Below, one piece after another: positions 30,767-40,800 of a DNA stretch of 64,000 bases (position 1 is the first letter of the stretch; each line of letters opens with the position of its first letter). The DNA comes from Prevotella sp. GTDB taxonomy: Bacteria; Bacteroidota; Bacteroidia; Bacteroidales; Bacteroidaceae. The stretch lies in assembly GCA_017548385.1 (NCBI GenBank), contig JAFZAE010000144.1, positions 6,300 through 70,299 of the forward strand, in the 5' to 3' direction. The notes beneath the pieces are model-generated. The model had not been told where the DNA came from. It saw only the letters and a list, made by a program, of their open reading frames with translations, and made no database searches. Both the position numbers and the translations under genes were made by a program.

Positions 30767-30907
30767 TCGTTCAGGTAAGGATGTACGGCTTTTTCTGCAA
30801 AGATAGTGCAAGGCGAGCGAAAAACAAAATAATTCCTCAACTATTTGTTCGTTTGGATTATTCTGTGTAACTTTGTGCCACGTTTAGACACAATTAAATC
30901 AGATTTC

Positions 30908-31921
30908 ATGAAAAATTTAGATTGGGCAAGTCTGTCGTTTGGATACAGACCGACAGATTACAATGTGCGTTGTTATTATCGTGATGGTAAATGGGGCGAA
31001 ATCGAAGTGTGCTCCGATGAGTACCTGAAACTCCACATGGCTGCCACCAGCCTTCACTATGGCCAAGAGGCTTTTGAGGGTTTGAAAGCCTACCGCTGTC
31101 CTGATGGGCATGTGCGAGTGTTCCGTGTGGATGAGAATGCTGCCCGCCTGCAGAGCACCTGCCGTGGCATCCTTATGCCAGAGGTTCCCACAGAGTTGTT
31201 TGAGGAGATGGTGTTCAAAGTAGTACGTCTTAATCAGGAGTGGATTCCCACCTATGAGAGTGGTGCCACATTGTATATTCGTCCGCTGCTAATCGGAACT
31301 AGCCCTCAAGTGGGTGTTCATCCTGCAAAGGAATATTTATTCTTGATTTTCGTCACACCAGTAGGACCGTATTTCAAGGGCGGTTTTGCCACAAATCCCT
31401 ACGTGATTATTCGCGATTATGACCGCTCTGCCCCTCTTGGCACTGGTAAATACAAGGTGGGTGGCAACTATGCTGCATCTCTGTTTGCTAATAATTTGGC
31501 ACATGAGAAAGGCTATGCATGTGAGTTCTACCTCGATGCTAAGGAGAAAAAATATATGGATGAGTGTGGCGCCGCTAATTTCTTTGGAATCAAAAACAAT
31601 ACCTACGTTACGCCGAAGTCGACGTCCATTTTACCGAGCATCACCAACAAGAGCCTGATGCAGGTTGCTGAGGACCTGGGTATGACTGTGGAGCGCCGTC
31701 CCATCCCTGAAGAGGAATTGGCAACGTTTGAAGAGGCTGGTGCTTGTGGCACTGCCGCTGTGATTAGTCCGATTTCCTATATCGATGACCTCGACACAGG
31801 TGTGCGCTATCATTTCGGCGATGAGCCAGGCCCCATCTCTCGTAAACTTTATGATACCCTCCGTGGCATCCAGTATGGTACTGTGGAGGATAAGCATGGC
31901 TGGACAAAGATTGTAATCTAA
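30908..31921 (+). CDS. ilvE: Branched-chain amino acid aminotransferase
   Basis: LHYGQEAFEGLKAY, LYIRP, KVGGNYA, ILPSIT and CGTAAVISPI motifs. Confidence 0.95.
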   Translation: MKNLDWASLSFGYRPTDYNVRCYYRDGKWGEIEVCSDEYLKLHMAATSLHYGQEAFEGLKAYRCPDGHVRVFRVDENAARLQSTCRGILMPEVPTELFEEMVFKVVRLNQEWIPTYESGATLYIRPLLIGTSPQVGVHPAKEYLFLIFVTPVGPYFKGGFATNPYVIIRDYDRSAPLGTGKYKVGGNYAASLFANNLAHEKGYACEFYLDAKEKKYMDECGAANFFGIKNNTYVTPKSTSILPSITNKSLMQVAEDLGMTVERRPIPEEELATFEEAGACGTAAVISPISYIDDLDTGVRYHFGDEPGPISRKLYDTLRGIQYGTVEDKHGWTKIVI

Positions 31922-31963
31922 TAGTTTCACCCCTAACCCCTTATAACTTCCTTTCCCCTAATT

Positions 31964-32734
31964 ATGTCCAAAGGAAAATTGGCTAAGTTTGCGGATATGG
32001 AACGCTATGACAATGTGTTCCAATATCCGTATTCCGTGGTGAGCGAAGTGCCCTTTGAAATGCAAGGGCATTGGCGTGAGCAGTATTTCCACAACGACCA
32101 TCCCATCATTCTGGAATTAGGGTGTGGAAAGGGGGAATACACAGTGGAACTGGCTCGTATGTTTCCTGACATCAATTTCATAGGTGTAGATATTAAGGGT
32201 GCGCGTATGTGGACGGGTGCCACAGAAGCATTGCAAGAGGGGTTGAGGAATGTGGCATTCCTTCGCACCAATATTGAAATTATCGACCGATTCTTTGCTG
32301 CCGATGAGGTGCAGGAGATTTGGCTGACATTTAGCGACCCGCAGATGAAGAGTCCACGGAAACGACTGAGCAGCACGAGCTTTCTTGCCCGTTACCGTAG
32401 GTTTCTCATTGACGGGGGCATTGTGCATCTGAAGACTGACTCCAACTTCCTTTACACATATACTTCATTGATGGTTGCACACAACCATCTACCGCTGCTG
32501 TTCAGTACCGATGACTTGTATCATACCTCGGGTATCGATGCTGATACACAACAGATTCTCTCTATCCATACATATTATGAGAATATGTGGATAGAGCGAG
32601 GGTTGAATATCAAATACTTGAAATTTCGCCTCCCCACCGAAGGTGCTCTTGAAGAACCTGATGTGGAAATACCCCTCGACGAATACCGCAGTTACCATCG
32701 CGATAAGCGTTCGCCGGTGTCAGCGAGAAAGTAG
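31964..32734 (+). CDS. trmB: tRNA (guanine-N7)-methyltransferase
   Basis: [29 protein letters not shown] and TYYE motifs. Confidence 0.93.
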   Translation: MSKGKLAKFADMERYDNVFQYPYSVVSEVPFEMQGHWREQYFHNDHPIILELGCGKGEYTVELARMFPDINFIGVDIKGARMWTGATEALQEGLRNVAFLRTNIEIIDRFFAADEVQEIWLTFSDPQMKSPRKRLSSTSFLARYRRFLIDGGIVHLKTDSNFLYTYTSLMVAHNHLPLLFSTDDLYHTSGIDADTQQILSIHTYYENMWIERGLNIKYLKFRLPTEGALEEPDVEIPLDEYRSYHRDKRSPVSARK

Positions 32735-32967
32735 GTGTGTAATAGAACTTTGGACGTTGTAGGAATAGTGTTGTTGGATAAAAGAACATTTCGGGAAAAA
32801 ACAATGATGAAGACTAGTCTTTAAAAAGTGTTTTATGTTCTGAAAATAGCAAAAAAAATACGAATATTCTCTTGTTTTCCAAAAAAACAATTATCTTTGC
32901 AATCGAATTAGTGTAGTCAAAGTTAAATGCGACTATTTTTATTTAATAACATAAACAAATACTAACT

Positions 32968-33654
32968 ATGAAGAAATCAGGATTTATCGCTCTTATGATG
33001 AGCGTTTTGATGGTATTAGGTTGTAGTACAAATGCCGGAACAGGTTCTATTCTTGGTGGTGCAGGTGGTGGCGCCCTTGGTGCTGCTATCGGCCAGTTGA
33101 TTGGTAAGAATACGAAGAGCACTGTTATTGGTGCTGCTATTGGTACAGCCGTAGGTACTACTGCTGGTGCGCTGATTGGTAAGCACATGGACAAAGTGAA
33201 GGCAAGAGCAGCCGCCATTGAAAATGCAAGTGTAACAGAGATTACTGACCAGAATGGTCTGTCTGCCGTAAAGGTGGTGTTCGACTCAGGTATTCTCTTT
33301 GCTACTGGTAAGTATGCCCTCAATCAGGCTTCAAAGTCCTCACTGAGCAATTTTGCCAATGTGTTGAAAGCTGACCCAATGTTGTATATTGATATTCAGG
33401 GCCATACCGACAGCACAGGTAGTGATAAGGTGAACGACCCATTGTCAGTGAACCGTGCTCAGGCTGTTGCAAATTATCTTGTGAGCTGCGGTGTTCCCTC
33501 CAGCCAGTTCCAGAATGTTACAGGCTTTGGCTCACATCAGCCAGTTGCTGACAACAGCACCGCTGCCGGTCGTCAACAGAACCGCCGCGTGGAGATTTAC
33601 ATGTACGCAAGCCAGGCTATGATTGACGCCGCCAACGCAGGTACACTCCAGTAA
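32968..33654 (+). CDS. OmpA family lipoprotein with glycine zipper
   Basis: Lipobox VLGC, Gly-zipper, GHTDSTG, LSVNRA and NRRVEI motifs; -7 element TATCTTTG at 32892. Confidence 0.92.
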   Translation: MKKSGFIALMMSVLMVLGCSTNAGTGSILGGAGGGALGAAIGQLIGKNTKSTVIGAAIGTAVGTTAGALIGKHMDKVKARAAAIENASVTEITDQNGLSAVKVVFDSGILFATGKYALNQASKSSLSNFANVLKADPMLYIDIQGHTDSTGSDKVNDPLSVNRAQAVANYLVSCGVPSSQFQNVTGFGSHQPVADNSTAAGRQQNRRVEIYMYASQAMIDAANAGTLQ

Positions 33655-33671
33655 TCATCTTTTATACGTAT

Positions 33672-33709
33672 ATAACAATGGGCGGATTCAATAATCCGCC
33701 CATTGTTAT
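33672..33709 (+). terminator. Perfect 17-bp hairpin after the OmpA gene
   Basis: ataacaatgggcggatt-caat-aatccgcccattgttat. Confidence 0.8.
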
Positions 33710-33816
33710 CTGTGAAAATATGAGAATTGAGAAAGATTGATTGAGAATTGTAATTTAGGACTGCAACTGTTGCAGCAAAAAGGTAAAACTTCAACATAAA
33801 ACTCGATACTGTCTCT

Positions 33817-34560
33817 GTGCGCAAAGTTCTGAGATTCATAGGGAAAACAGTGAAATGGACACTGATAGCCTTTTTCACATCATCGGTGCTGATGGTACTG
33901 ATATATAAGTTCATTCCTGTATATATCACCCCACTGATGGTGGTAAGGTGTGTGGAGCAAAAAATGGACGGCCGTGAAATGACCATGCAACACAAATGGG
34001 TTCCATTGGAGGAAATTTCTGAACATCTGCCCGTGGCGGTGATGGCTAGTGAGGACCAGCGCTTTCTGCTTCACGATGGTTTCGACTTGAAGGCTATCCA
34101 GGAGGCGATGGACTACAATAAGACACATCCCGACAAGGTGCGTGGGGCAAGTACCATCTCGCAACAAACTGCCAAGAATGTCTTCCTCTGGCATGGCCGT
34201 TCGTGGGTGAGAAAAGGTTTGGAAACCTATTTCACTTTTCTCATCGAACTGATGTGGAGCAAACAGCGTATCATGGAAGTCTATCTCAACTCCATTGAGA
34301 TGGGTGACGGAATATATGGTGCACAGGCGGTAGCCACAGAGCATTTCCATAAGAATGCTTCACAGCTCACTCGCGAGGAGTGTGCGTTAATATCCGCCAC
34401 GCTACCCAACCCTCTTGAACGTAATTCTGCTCACCCCACGGCTTACCTGCTGAAGCGGCAGAAGCAAATACTCCATCAGATGAAATTCATCCCCAAATTC
34501 CCCCATGAGGGCGAGGACTATGATCCCAACACCGTGGCAGGAGGTGTGTATAAGAATTAG
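33817..34560 (+). CDS. mtgA: Monofunctional peptidoglycan transglycosylase
   Basis: [28 protein letters not shown] and [11 protein letters not shown] motifs; GTG start. Confidence 0.93.
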   Translation: MRKVLRFIGKTVKWTLIAFFTSSVLMVLIYKFIPVYITPLMVVRCVEQKMDGREMTMQHKWVPLEEISEHLPVAVMASEDQRFLLHDGFDLKAIQEAMDYNKTHPDKVRGASTISQQTAKNVFLWHGRSWVRKGLETYFTFLIELMWSKQRIMEVYLNSIEMGDGIYGAQAVATEHFHKNASQLTREECALISATLPNPLERNSAHPTAYLLKRQKQILHQMKFIPKFPHEGEDYDPNTVAGGVYKN

Positions 34561-34624
34561 ACTTAAAATGATAGACTTTTGATGCGATAACGAAATAACG
34601 AAAATCTCAAATCTTAAACCTCAA

Positions 34625-37048
34625 ATGTCCTTTTCCCTTCTCAATGACCTTAATGACAGCCAAAGGATGGCGGTGGAATATATCGACGGACCCTCACTCG
34701 TGATTGCAGGTGCAGGTTCGGGTAAGACACGTGTGCTCACCTACAAAATCGCATACCTTCTTGAAAAAGGCCTAAGGCCATGGAGCATACTGGCCCTTAC
34801 ATTCACCAACAAAGCTGCACGTGAGATGCAACAGCGTATCGCACGACTTGTGGGTGAGGAACAGACGAAAGGTCTTTATATGGGGACTTTCCATAGCATT
34901 TTCTCCCGTATCCTTCGCCGTGAGGCACCAGCCATTGGCTACCAACCCAACTACACCATCTACGATGAATCGGACTCACGCACTTTGGTTAAAAACATTA
35001 TCAAAGAACTTGGTCTCGATGAGAAACTCTATAAACCTGCCGTCATCCATAATATCATTTCATTGGCTAAAAACCGTCTGGTTACGCCAGAGAAATATGT
35101 TGCCAACCGTGAGGCTATGCAGGCAGATCGCAATATGCGCATCCCGGAGACCTATATGGTATACACACTCTACCAGAACCGCTGTCGCCAAGCCAACGCC
35201 ATGGACTTTGATGACTTGCTTCTCAATACTTATCTGCTCTTCGAGCATAATGAAGAAATCCGCAAGCGCTATGCCGACCATTTCGCCTTCGTGCTTGTGG
35301 ATGAATACCAAGATACCAACTATGCGCAACAGTGTATTGTCTATCAGCTTACCAAGGAACGGCAGATGGTATGTGTGGTGGGTGATGATGCACAGAGTAT
35401 CTACTCCTTCCGTGGGGCTAATATCGATAATATTCTGAATTTCAGGAACTTATATAACGATGCTAAACTCTTTAAGTTGGAGCGTAATTACCGTTCGACA
35501 CAACGCATCGTGAATGCCGCCAACAGTCTTATTCGACACAATGAGCGACAGATACAAAAAGATGTATATAGCCGCAACGAGGAGGGGAACAAACTGCTCT
35601 ACCTGCCCGTATATACTGACAAAGAGGAGGTGATGGTGGTAAGCCAGCATATCCGCCGCATCATGGATGAAGATCACTGTGGATATGCCGACTTTGCTAT
35701 CCTCTACCGCACTAATGCCCAAAGCCGCGCTTTTGAGGAACAGTTGCGACGAGAGGGCATCCCCTATCGTATTTATGGCGGACTGAGTTTTTATCAAAGG
35801 AAGGAAATCAAGGATATCGTAGCATACTTCCGTCTTGTGGTGAACCCCGATGACGAAGAGGCTTTCCGCCGTGTAATCAACTACCCTGTACGTGGCATTG
35901 GCAACACCACACTTGACAAAATCATTTTTGCAGCCCACAATGCCAATACCAGTTTGTGGAATGCCATCAGCGACCCAGAGTCTGTAGGACTGACACTTAC
36001 TAAGCGTACGATGGAAAAGGTGGAAACCTTCCGTCAACTCATTCTCGGTTTCATGAGTCGGAAGGACAAGGAAGATGTCTATTCCCTTGGCGAGGATATT
36101 ATCAAAACCTCTGGCATCGCTCAGGAGATTATCTCCGATATCACTGTGGAGGGCATGGCAAGGAAAGAAAATATGGAGGAATTCGTCAACAGCATGAAGG
36201 ACTTTGTGGACTCCCGGCGAGAGGAAGGACGCGAAGGTGAAATATCAATTTCGGATTTCCTTCAGGAGGTGGCACTCTTTACCGACCTTGACAGCAGCGA
36301 TAATAGCGAGGAGCGTGTGTCGCTCATGACAGTACATAGTGCGAAGGGACTGGAGTTTCCAACCGTCTTTGTCGTGGGCTTGGAGGAAAACATTTTTCCC
36401 AGTCCGATGGCAGCCTACGAAGCCAATGGCTTGGAAGAGGAGCGGAGGTTGCTTTATGTAGCTATCACCAGAGCCGAGAAACACTGCATCCTCACCAATG
36501 CCAAAAATCGTATGCGCTATGGCAAGATGGAGTTTAATCCCGAGAGTCGTTTTCTTCGTGACATCAACCGGGACTTCATGCAGGATGAAAGTGAATTTAA
36601 TCGCTCTCGGCTGCAACGCCTTGGTATCACCCCACGAGGTGGCGGTCAGAAAGGCAGGGAACAGAATTCTCGTCCTGTGGCGACACAATTCCGTGCTGAC
36701 CCTAAACCACGTATCGTCCCACATCGCGACGATGCAAAACCTGTGAATCCCTTCTCTGAGGAGTTCCAACGCCTTCAGCAGGCACATGGTGGCCGTTTGC
36801 GCCCCGTGCCCAAGTCTTCGCCTAAACCGACAACTGACGGTTCGTCGGCCTCCAGCATTTCTCCGTCATCATCATCTTCTTCTACCATTGACCTCAAACC
36901 TGGTATGATGATTAACCATACACGTTTCGGCATGGGTGAAATCATTGACAAGACAGGTGAAGGTGACGGTTTGAAAATAACCGTAAGATTCCAAAATCTC
37001 GGCACAAAGCAATTGCTTGTGAAGTTCGCGAGATTTACGGTGTTGTAA
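34625..37048 (+). CDS. uvrD: PcrA/UvrD-family ATP-dependent DNA helicase
   Basis: AGAGSGKT, TFTNKAA, DEYQDTN, NYRST, TVHSAKGLEF and EERRLLYVAITRA motifs; Ser-rich linker and C-terminal H.RFG.G Tudor-like domain. Confidence 0.92.
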   Translation: MSFSLLNDLNDSQRMAVEYIDGPSLVIAGAGSGKTRVLTYKIAYLLEKGLRPWSILALTFTNKAAREMQQRIARLVGEEQTKGLYMGTFHSIFSRILRREAPAIGYQPNYTIYDESDSRTLVKNIIKELGLDEKLYKPAVIHNIISLAKNRLVTPEKYVANREAMQADRNMRIPETYMVYTLYQNRCRQANAMDFDDLLLNTYLLFEHNEEIRKRYADHFAFVLVDEYQDTNYAQQCIVYQLTKERQMVCVVGDDAQSIYSFRGANIDNILNFRNLYNDAKLFKLERNYRSTQRIVNAANSLIRHNERQIQKDVYSRNEEGNKLLYLPVYTDKEEVMVVSQHIRRIMDEDHCGYADFAILYRTNAQSRAFEEQLRREGIPYRIYGGLSFYQRKEIKDIVAYFRLVVNPDDEEAFRRVINYPVRGIGNTTLDKIIFAAHNANTSLWNAISDPESVGLTLTKRTMEKVETFRQLILGFMSRKDKEDVYSLGEDIIKTSGIAQEIISDITVEGMARKENMEEFVNSMKDFVDSRREEGREGEISISDFLQEVALFTDLDSSDNSEERVSLMTVHSAKGLEFPTVFVVGLEENIFPSPMAAYEANGLEEERRLLYVAITRAEKHCILTNAKNRMRYGKMEFNPESRFLRDINRDFMQDESEFNRSRLQRLGITPRGGGQKGREQNSRPVATQFRADPKPRIVPHRDDAKPVNPFSEEFQRLQQAHGGRLRPVPKSSPKPTTDGSSASSISPSSSSSSTIDLKPGMMINHTRFGMGEIIDKTGEGDGLKITVRFQNLGTKQLLVKFARFTVL

Positions 37049-37142
37049 AATTGTGGGAGTAGAGTCTAAACAATAAGAATATTCTTCTCTCAAGAAAGAG
37101 AAGATACATAAGCATTTTATCTTTTATTGATTCAATGCTAGT

Positions 37143-37352
37143 TTACTTGTTTTTCAGTTTGCTGAGGTCTTCTTCCTCTTCTTCTTCATCCCAGATTCCG
37201 TTGTATTCGGAAAGACCAGCATTTGGATCCCATGGATCCACAGCATTTCCTGGCTCAACAGCTAAGTTTGCGCGACTTAACTTGAGTTGCAGGATGCTAT
37301 CAAGTTCAGTGCATAGAACGATTTCTGTTTCTGGCTTCTTATATACATTCAT
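37143..37352 (-). CDS. Small acidic peptide (69 aa), YxxP...W type
   Basis: A-rich start context, own -7 element (TACTTTTG on the minus strand at 37496-37503), same architecture as 49237-49398. Confidence 0.7.
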   Translation of the reverse strand: MNVYKKPETEIVLCTELDSILQLKLSRANLAVEPGNAVDPWDPNAGLSEYNGIWDEEEEEEDLSKLKNK

Positions 37353-37865
37353 GGTAGTTTATGTATTTTTGTCTTTTTTTGTTATCCGGTTATCCGTAAT
37401 CTACTTAAGTTCTCTGTGCTCTTTTTATCCTGAAGAGAGCATAGAATTCATTCATTAGCAGTTGCGTCTATTTGCCAATAGATGACAATACGTTGCAAAA
37501 GTAAAGATTTTTTTTAAATCACACAAAATTTTTTATGATTTTTTAAGGTTTAGGGGCTGAAAACGGTAAAAATATAGGCTTCTGTTTCCAATATCGGGTA
37601 CATAAAGGAAATATCCCTATAACGATGCCATTGTAGAGTCCCCCAATATCACTAAGTTCTAACTACTAGTTCCATTTTTCAAGTTCATAACATCAAACTC
37701 TAAACTCCCCCTTAAATCTTCTTAATATTTTTGTAGTGCCATATTTTTTTACTACCTTTGCGCCCTAATTAGTAGGTGCTCACCATTCAAACACCTATAA
37801 CATGATTTAAACAGAGTTTTTTGAAACTCTTATTTAATATAAACGTAGAAAATATTAAAGAGAAA

Positions 37866-40800
37866 ATGGCAAAGAAATTCGCCGAGTACAGTGGTCTTAA
37901 TCTGACCGAAATTAACAATCAAGTACTGGAAGAGTGGAAAAAAGGCAATGTATTTGTACGCTCCATAGAATTGCGTGATGGCTGCCCTGAGTTTGTGTTC
38001 TACGAGGGTCCTCCCTCGGCCAATGGACATCCTGGTATCCACCATGTGCTGGCACGCACAATCAAAGATACATTCAATAGATATAAGACCATGAAGGGTT
38101 ACCAAGTGTTCCGCAAGGCTGGCTGGGACACCCATGGCCTACCCGTAGAACTTGGTGTGGAAAAAGAATTGGGTATCACCAAGGCTGATATTGACAATAA
38201 GGAGAGCGAAAAATACATCTCTGTTGAAGACTACAACCGTCGTTGTCGCGAAAATGTGATGATGTATACCCATGAGTGGGATGCACTCACCGAGAAAGTA
38301 GGATACTGGGTTGACCTTCAGCATCCATATATTACATACGACAACAAATATATCGAGACTCTGTGGTGGTTGCTAAAACAACTCTACGACAAGGAACTCC
38401 TTTATAAGGGCTATACCATACAACCCTATTCCCCCGCCGCTGGTACAGGTCTCTCCAGCCATGAACTTAATCAACCAGGGTGCTACCGTGATGTGAAAGA
38501 TACCACTGTGACGGCACAGTTTGCCATGCGTAACCCTAAACCTGAGATGGCTAAATGGGGCAAGCCTTTCTTTATGGCATGGACAACCACCCCGTGGACT
38601 TTGGCTGCCAACTCCGCTCTATGCGTTGGACCAAAGATCGACTATGTGGCAGTACAAACTTTCAATCCCTATACGGGTGAACCTATCACTGTGGTATTGG
38701 CTGAGGCTCGTCTTACCGCCTATTTCAATGAAAAGGGCAAGGATGGCGACTTTGAAGGATACAAAAAAGGTGATAAAGTCATACCATGGCGCATTGTGGC
38801 AAATTATAAAGGCACCGATCTCGTTGGCATGGAGTACGACCAATTGTTACCGATGGTAAAGCCTCTTACTGATGGTGCCTTCCGTGTTATTCCCGGTGAC
38901 TATGTCACCACTGAAGATGGTACGGGTATTGTACACATCGCTCCCAATTTTGGTGCTGATGATGCCAATGTTGCCAAAAAAGCTGGCGTGCCTCCTATCG
39001 TCATGATTGACAAGAAAGGCCATCAGCGTCCCGTAGTTGACCTACAGGGTAAATATTTTGCTATAGAGGATCTTGATGAGGAATTTGTTGACAAATATGT
39101 TGATACAGCCCTTTGGGGTCGCTATGCAGGGCGATATGTGAAAAATGCTTACGATGAGACTCTCAGCGATAAGGATGAAACCCTCGATATTGCCATCTGC
39201 ATGGACTTGAAGGCCGTCAACCGTGCTTTCAAGATCGAGAAACATACCCACAATTATCCCCATTGCTGGCGTACCGACAAACCTGTGCTTTATTATCCAC
39301 TTGACAGTTGGTTCATTCGCAGCACTGCCTGTAAAGAACGGATGGCCGAGCTTAATAAGACCATCAATTGGAAACCAGAATCTACTGGTACAGGGCGTTT
39401 TGGAAATTGGCTTGAGAACCTCAATGATTGGAACCTCAGTCGTAGCCGCTTCTGGGGTACACCATTGCCAATTTGGCGCAATGAGGATGATGGCGACATC
39501 ATCTGCATAGGGTCATTGCAGCAATTGTACGATGAGATAGAGAAGTCTGTAGCTGCAGGCATTATGATCTCCAACCCCTTGAAGGAAAAAGGGTTTGTTC
39601 CTGGCGACTACTCGCAGGAAAACTACGAACGTATCGACATGCATCGTCCCTACGTTGACCAAATCGTGCTCGTAAGTAAAACAGGTAAACCCATGAGACG
39701 AGAGGCTGATCTCATCGACGTGTGGTTCGACTCCGGTGCTATGCCTTATGCTCAGGTGCATTATCCTTTCGAGAATGCTGACGCTGTGGATAAGCACAAG
39801 GCATTCCCCTGCGACTTCATCAGTGAGGGTGTTGATCAGACGCGTGGATGGTTCTTCACACTCCATGCAATAGCTACGATGGTCTTCGATAGCGTTGCAT
39901 ACAAGAATGTGATCTCAACGGGGCTTGTGCAAGACGCCCATGGTGCCAAGATGAGCAAGCGCTTAGGAAATGCCGTCGATCCCTTCGAGGCCATGGAAAC
40001 CTATGGCGCTGATGCTTTGCGATTCTATATGATGACTAACTCGCAGCCGTGGGATAACCTGAAATTCGATCGTACAGGTGTGGAGGAGGTTCGCCGAAAA
40101 ATGTTTGCCACCCTCTACAATACCTATTCATTCTTCGCTCTCTATGCTAACGTCGATGGTTTTGACAATTCACAGCCCCAGGTGCCCATGGGTGATCGTC
40201 CCGAGATAGATCGGTGGATTCTCTCCGTACTTAACACGCTTATCAAAGAGGTCACCAAGAGTCTTGATGACTATGAACCTACACGCGCCGGCCGTATGAT
40301 TGAATCTTTCATCAACGACGATCTTTCCAACTGGTATGTGCGTCTCAATCGCAAACGTTTCTGGGGCAAGGATATGAGTACAGATAAACTCTCTGCTTAC
40401 CAAACTCTCTATACTTGTTTGGAGACCGTTGCAAGACTTTTGGCACCCTTCTCTCCCTTCTATTCCGACCGCCTTTATCTCGACCTGGTCAAAGTGACTG
40501 GTAGAGGCAATCAGGTGAGTGTACACCTTGCCGATTATCCCGTGGCCTCCGAGATGCTTATTCACACGGATTTGGAGGAACGTATGTCATTGGCACAGAA
40601 AATCACTACGATGGTGCTTGCTCTTCGTCGTAAAGCCAATATCAAAGTGCGTCAACCCCTGCAGTGCATCATGGTGGCAGCAACTGACCAACAACAACGT
40701 GAGCGCATAGAGGCTGTTGCCCACTTACTCATGAGTGAGGTGAACGTCAAGGAACTTCGTTTTGCTGAGTCAGAGGATGGCCTGCTTGTGAAGAAGATTA

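Noticed and set aside
37440-37495. c-di-GMP-I riboswitch-like words (GGCAAA, GACGCAA) on the minus strand
   Set aside because: Order and spacing do not fit the aptamer: there is no GAAA-capped P2 stem between the two words
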